Shown here: positions 33,662-34,125 of the stretch, piece after piece
Layout of the letters: each line of letters begins with the position of its first letter
Numbering within the stretch: position 1 is the first letter of the stretch
Assembly (NCBI GenBank): GCA_051453625.1
Contig: JBOZIK010000001.1
Span: 192,233-226,357, forward strand
Reading direction: 5' to 3'
Length of the DNA stretch: 34,125 nt
Source of the DNA: Welwitschia mirabilis
Lineage: Eukaryota
The notes under the pieces: generated by a model
The model's input: the letters and a program-made list of their open reading frames with translations, nothing else
Told to the model about the DNA's origin: nothing
The model's database searches: none
Program-made: the position numbers and the translations under genes

Positions 33662-34125
33662 GTTCTTCTATCATATATAAGACCTCAAGGGGCTCCAAAC
33701 CGATAAATAATATTTTTAAGGAAAAGGTTAGTTATNNNNNNNNNNNNNNNNNNNNNNNNNNNNNNNNNNNNNNNNNNNNNNNNNNNNNNNNNNNNNNNNN
33801 NNNNNNNNNNNNNNNNNNNNNNNNNNNNNNNNNNNTAATTTAGGAAGAATAATTAGTCACAGCCTCAACCTCAGCTCATTTAGTGAAGTAATCAATGCAG
33901 AACAAAATATATCTTTTTCAAAGAATGAGGAATTGATAGCTCCAATAAAATCTATTCCCCAAACATTAAAAGGTTCGATGATCTGAATTTATTATTATGG
34001 CATTTCTAACTTTTAGCTAAATTTGCCTTCTCTTAGACATTTATTACAATCTTGGATATAAGCATTTGAATTTTTGAATATGATGGGATAGTAGTATCTC
34101 ATATAAAGAATTTTTATTCTTATTC
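33662..34125 (-). pseudogene. Integrase N-terminal/core part, copy B
   Basis: PIIFKNSNAYIQDCNKCLREG (zinc-finger CxxC); NVWGIDFIG; YILFCIDYFTK*AEVEA. Confidence 0.9.

Larger units (their letters stand above)
10460..34125 (-). mobile_element. Degenerate Ty3/gypsy (Athila-like) retrotransposon, copy B, with its integrase interrupted by a CACTA element; runs off the right edge
   Basis: Same order of integrase, antisense ORF, repeat spacer and long ORF as copy A. Joining 20812 to 33665 restores the sequence seen in copy A at about 8235-8320. The left boundary is uncertain. Confidence 0.85.

Overview
Gappy, AT-rich plant genomic scaffold made up almost entirely of nested transposable elements, with no intact host gene. 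(1) Two diverged, same-orientation (minus strand) copies of a degenerate non-chromoviral Ty3/gypsy element with Athila-like pol: copy A at about 1-10360 and copy B at about 10460-34125. Downstream of integrase each copy carries an unusual accessory cassette: an unidentified antisense ORF of about 250 codons, a spacer with two families of palindromic repeats (including a 5-unit hairpin array with co-varying arms), and a divergently oriented ORF of about 1000 codons with an Athila ORF1/env-like 'plant transposon protein' domain plus a coiled coil. (2) The integrase of copy B is split by a 12.8 kb non-autonomous CACTA element (20813-33661; 31-bp TIRs, GTT target-site duplication, subterminal repeats) carrying captured host-gene pieces: a GSK3/shaggy kinase exon, the EF1-alpha C-terminus, a receptor-kinase fragment and unidentified exons. 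(3) A CRM-like LTR/PBS/gag start lies inside the CACTA element. Many short duplications flank N gaps and are probably assembly overlaps. Family assignments come from manual translation and motif recall, not from database searches.
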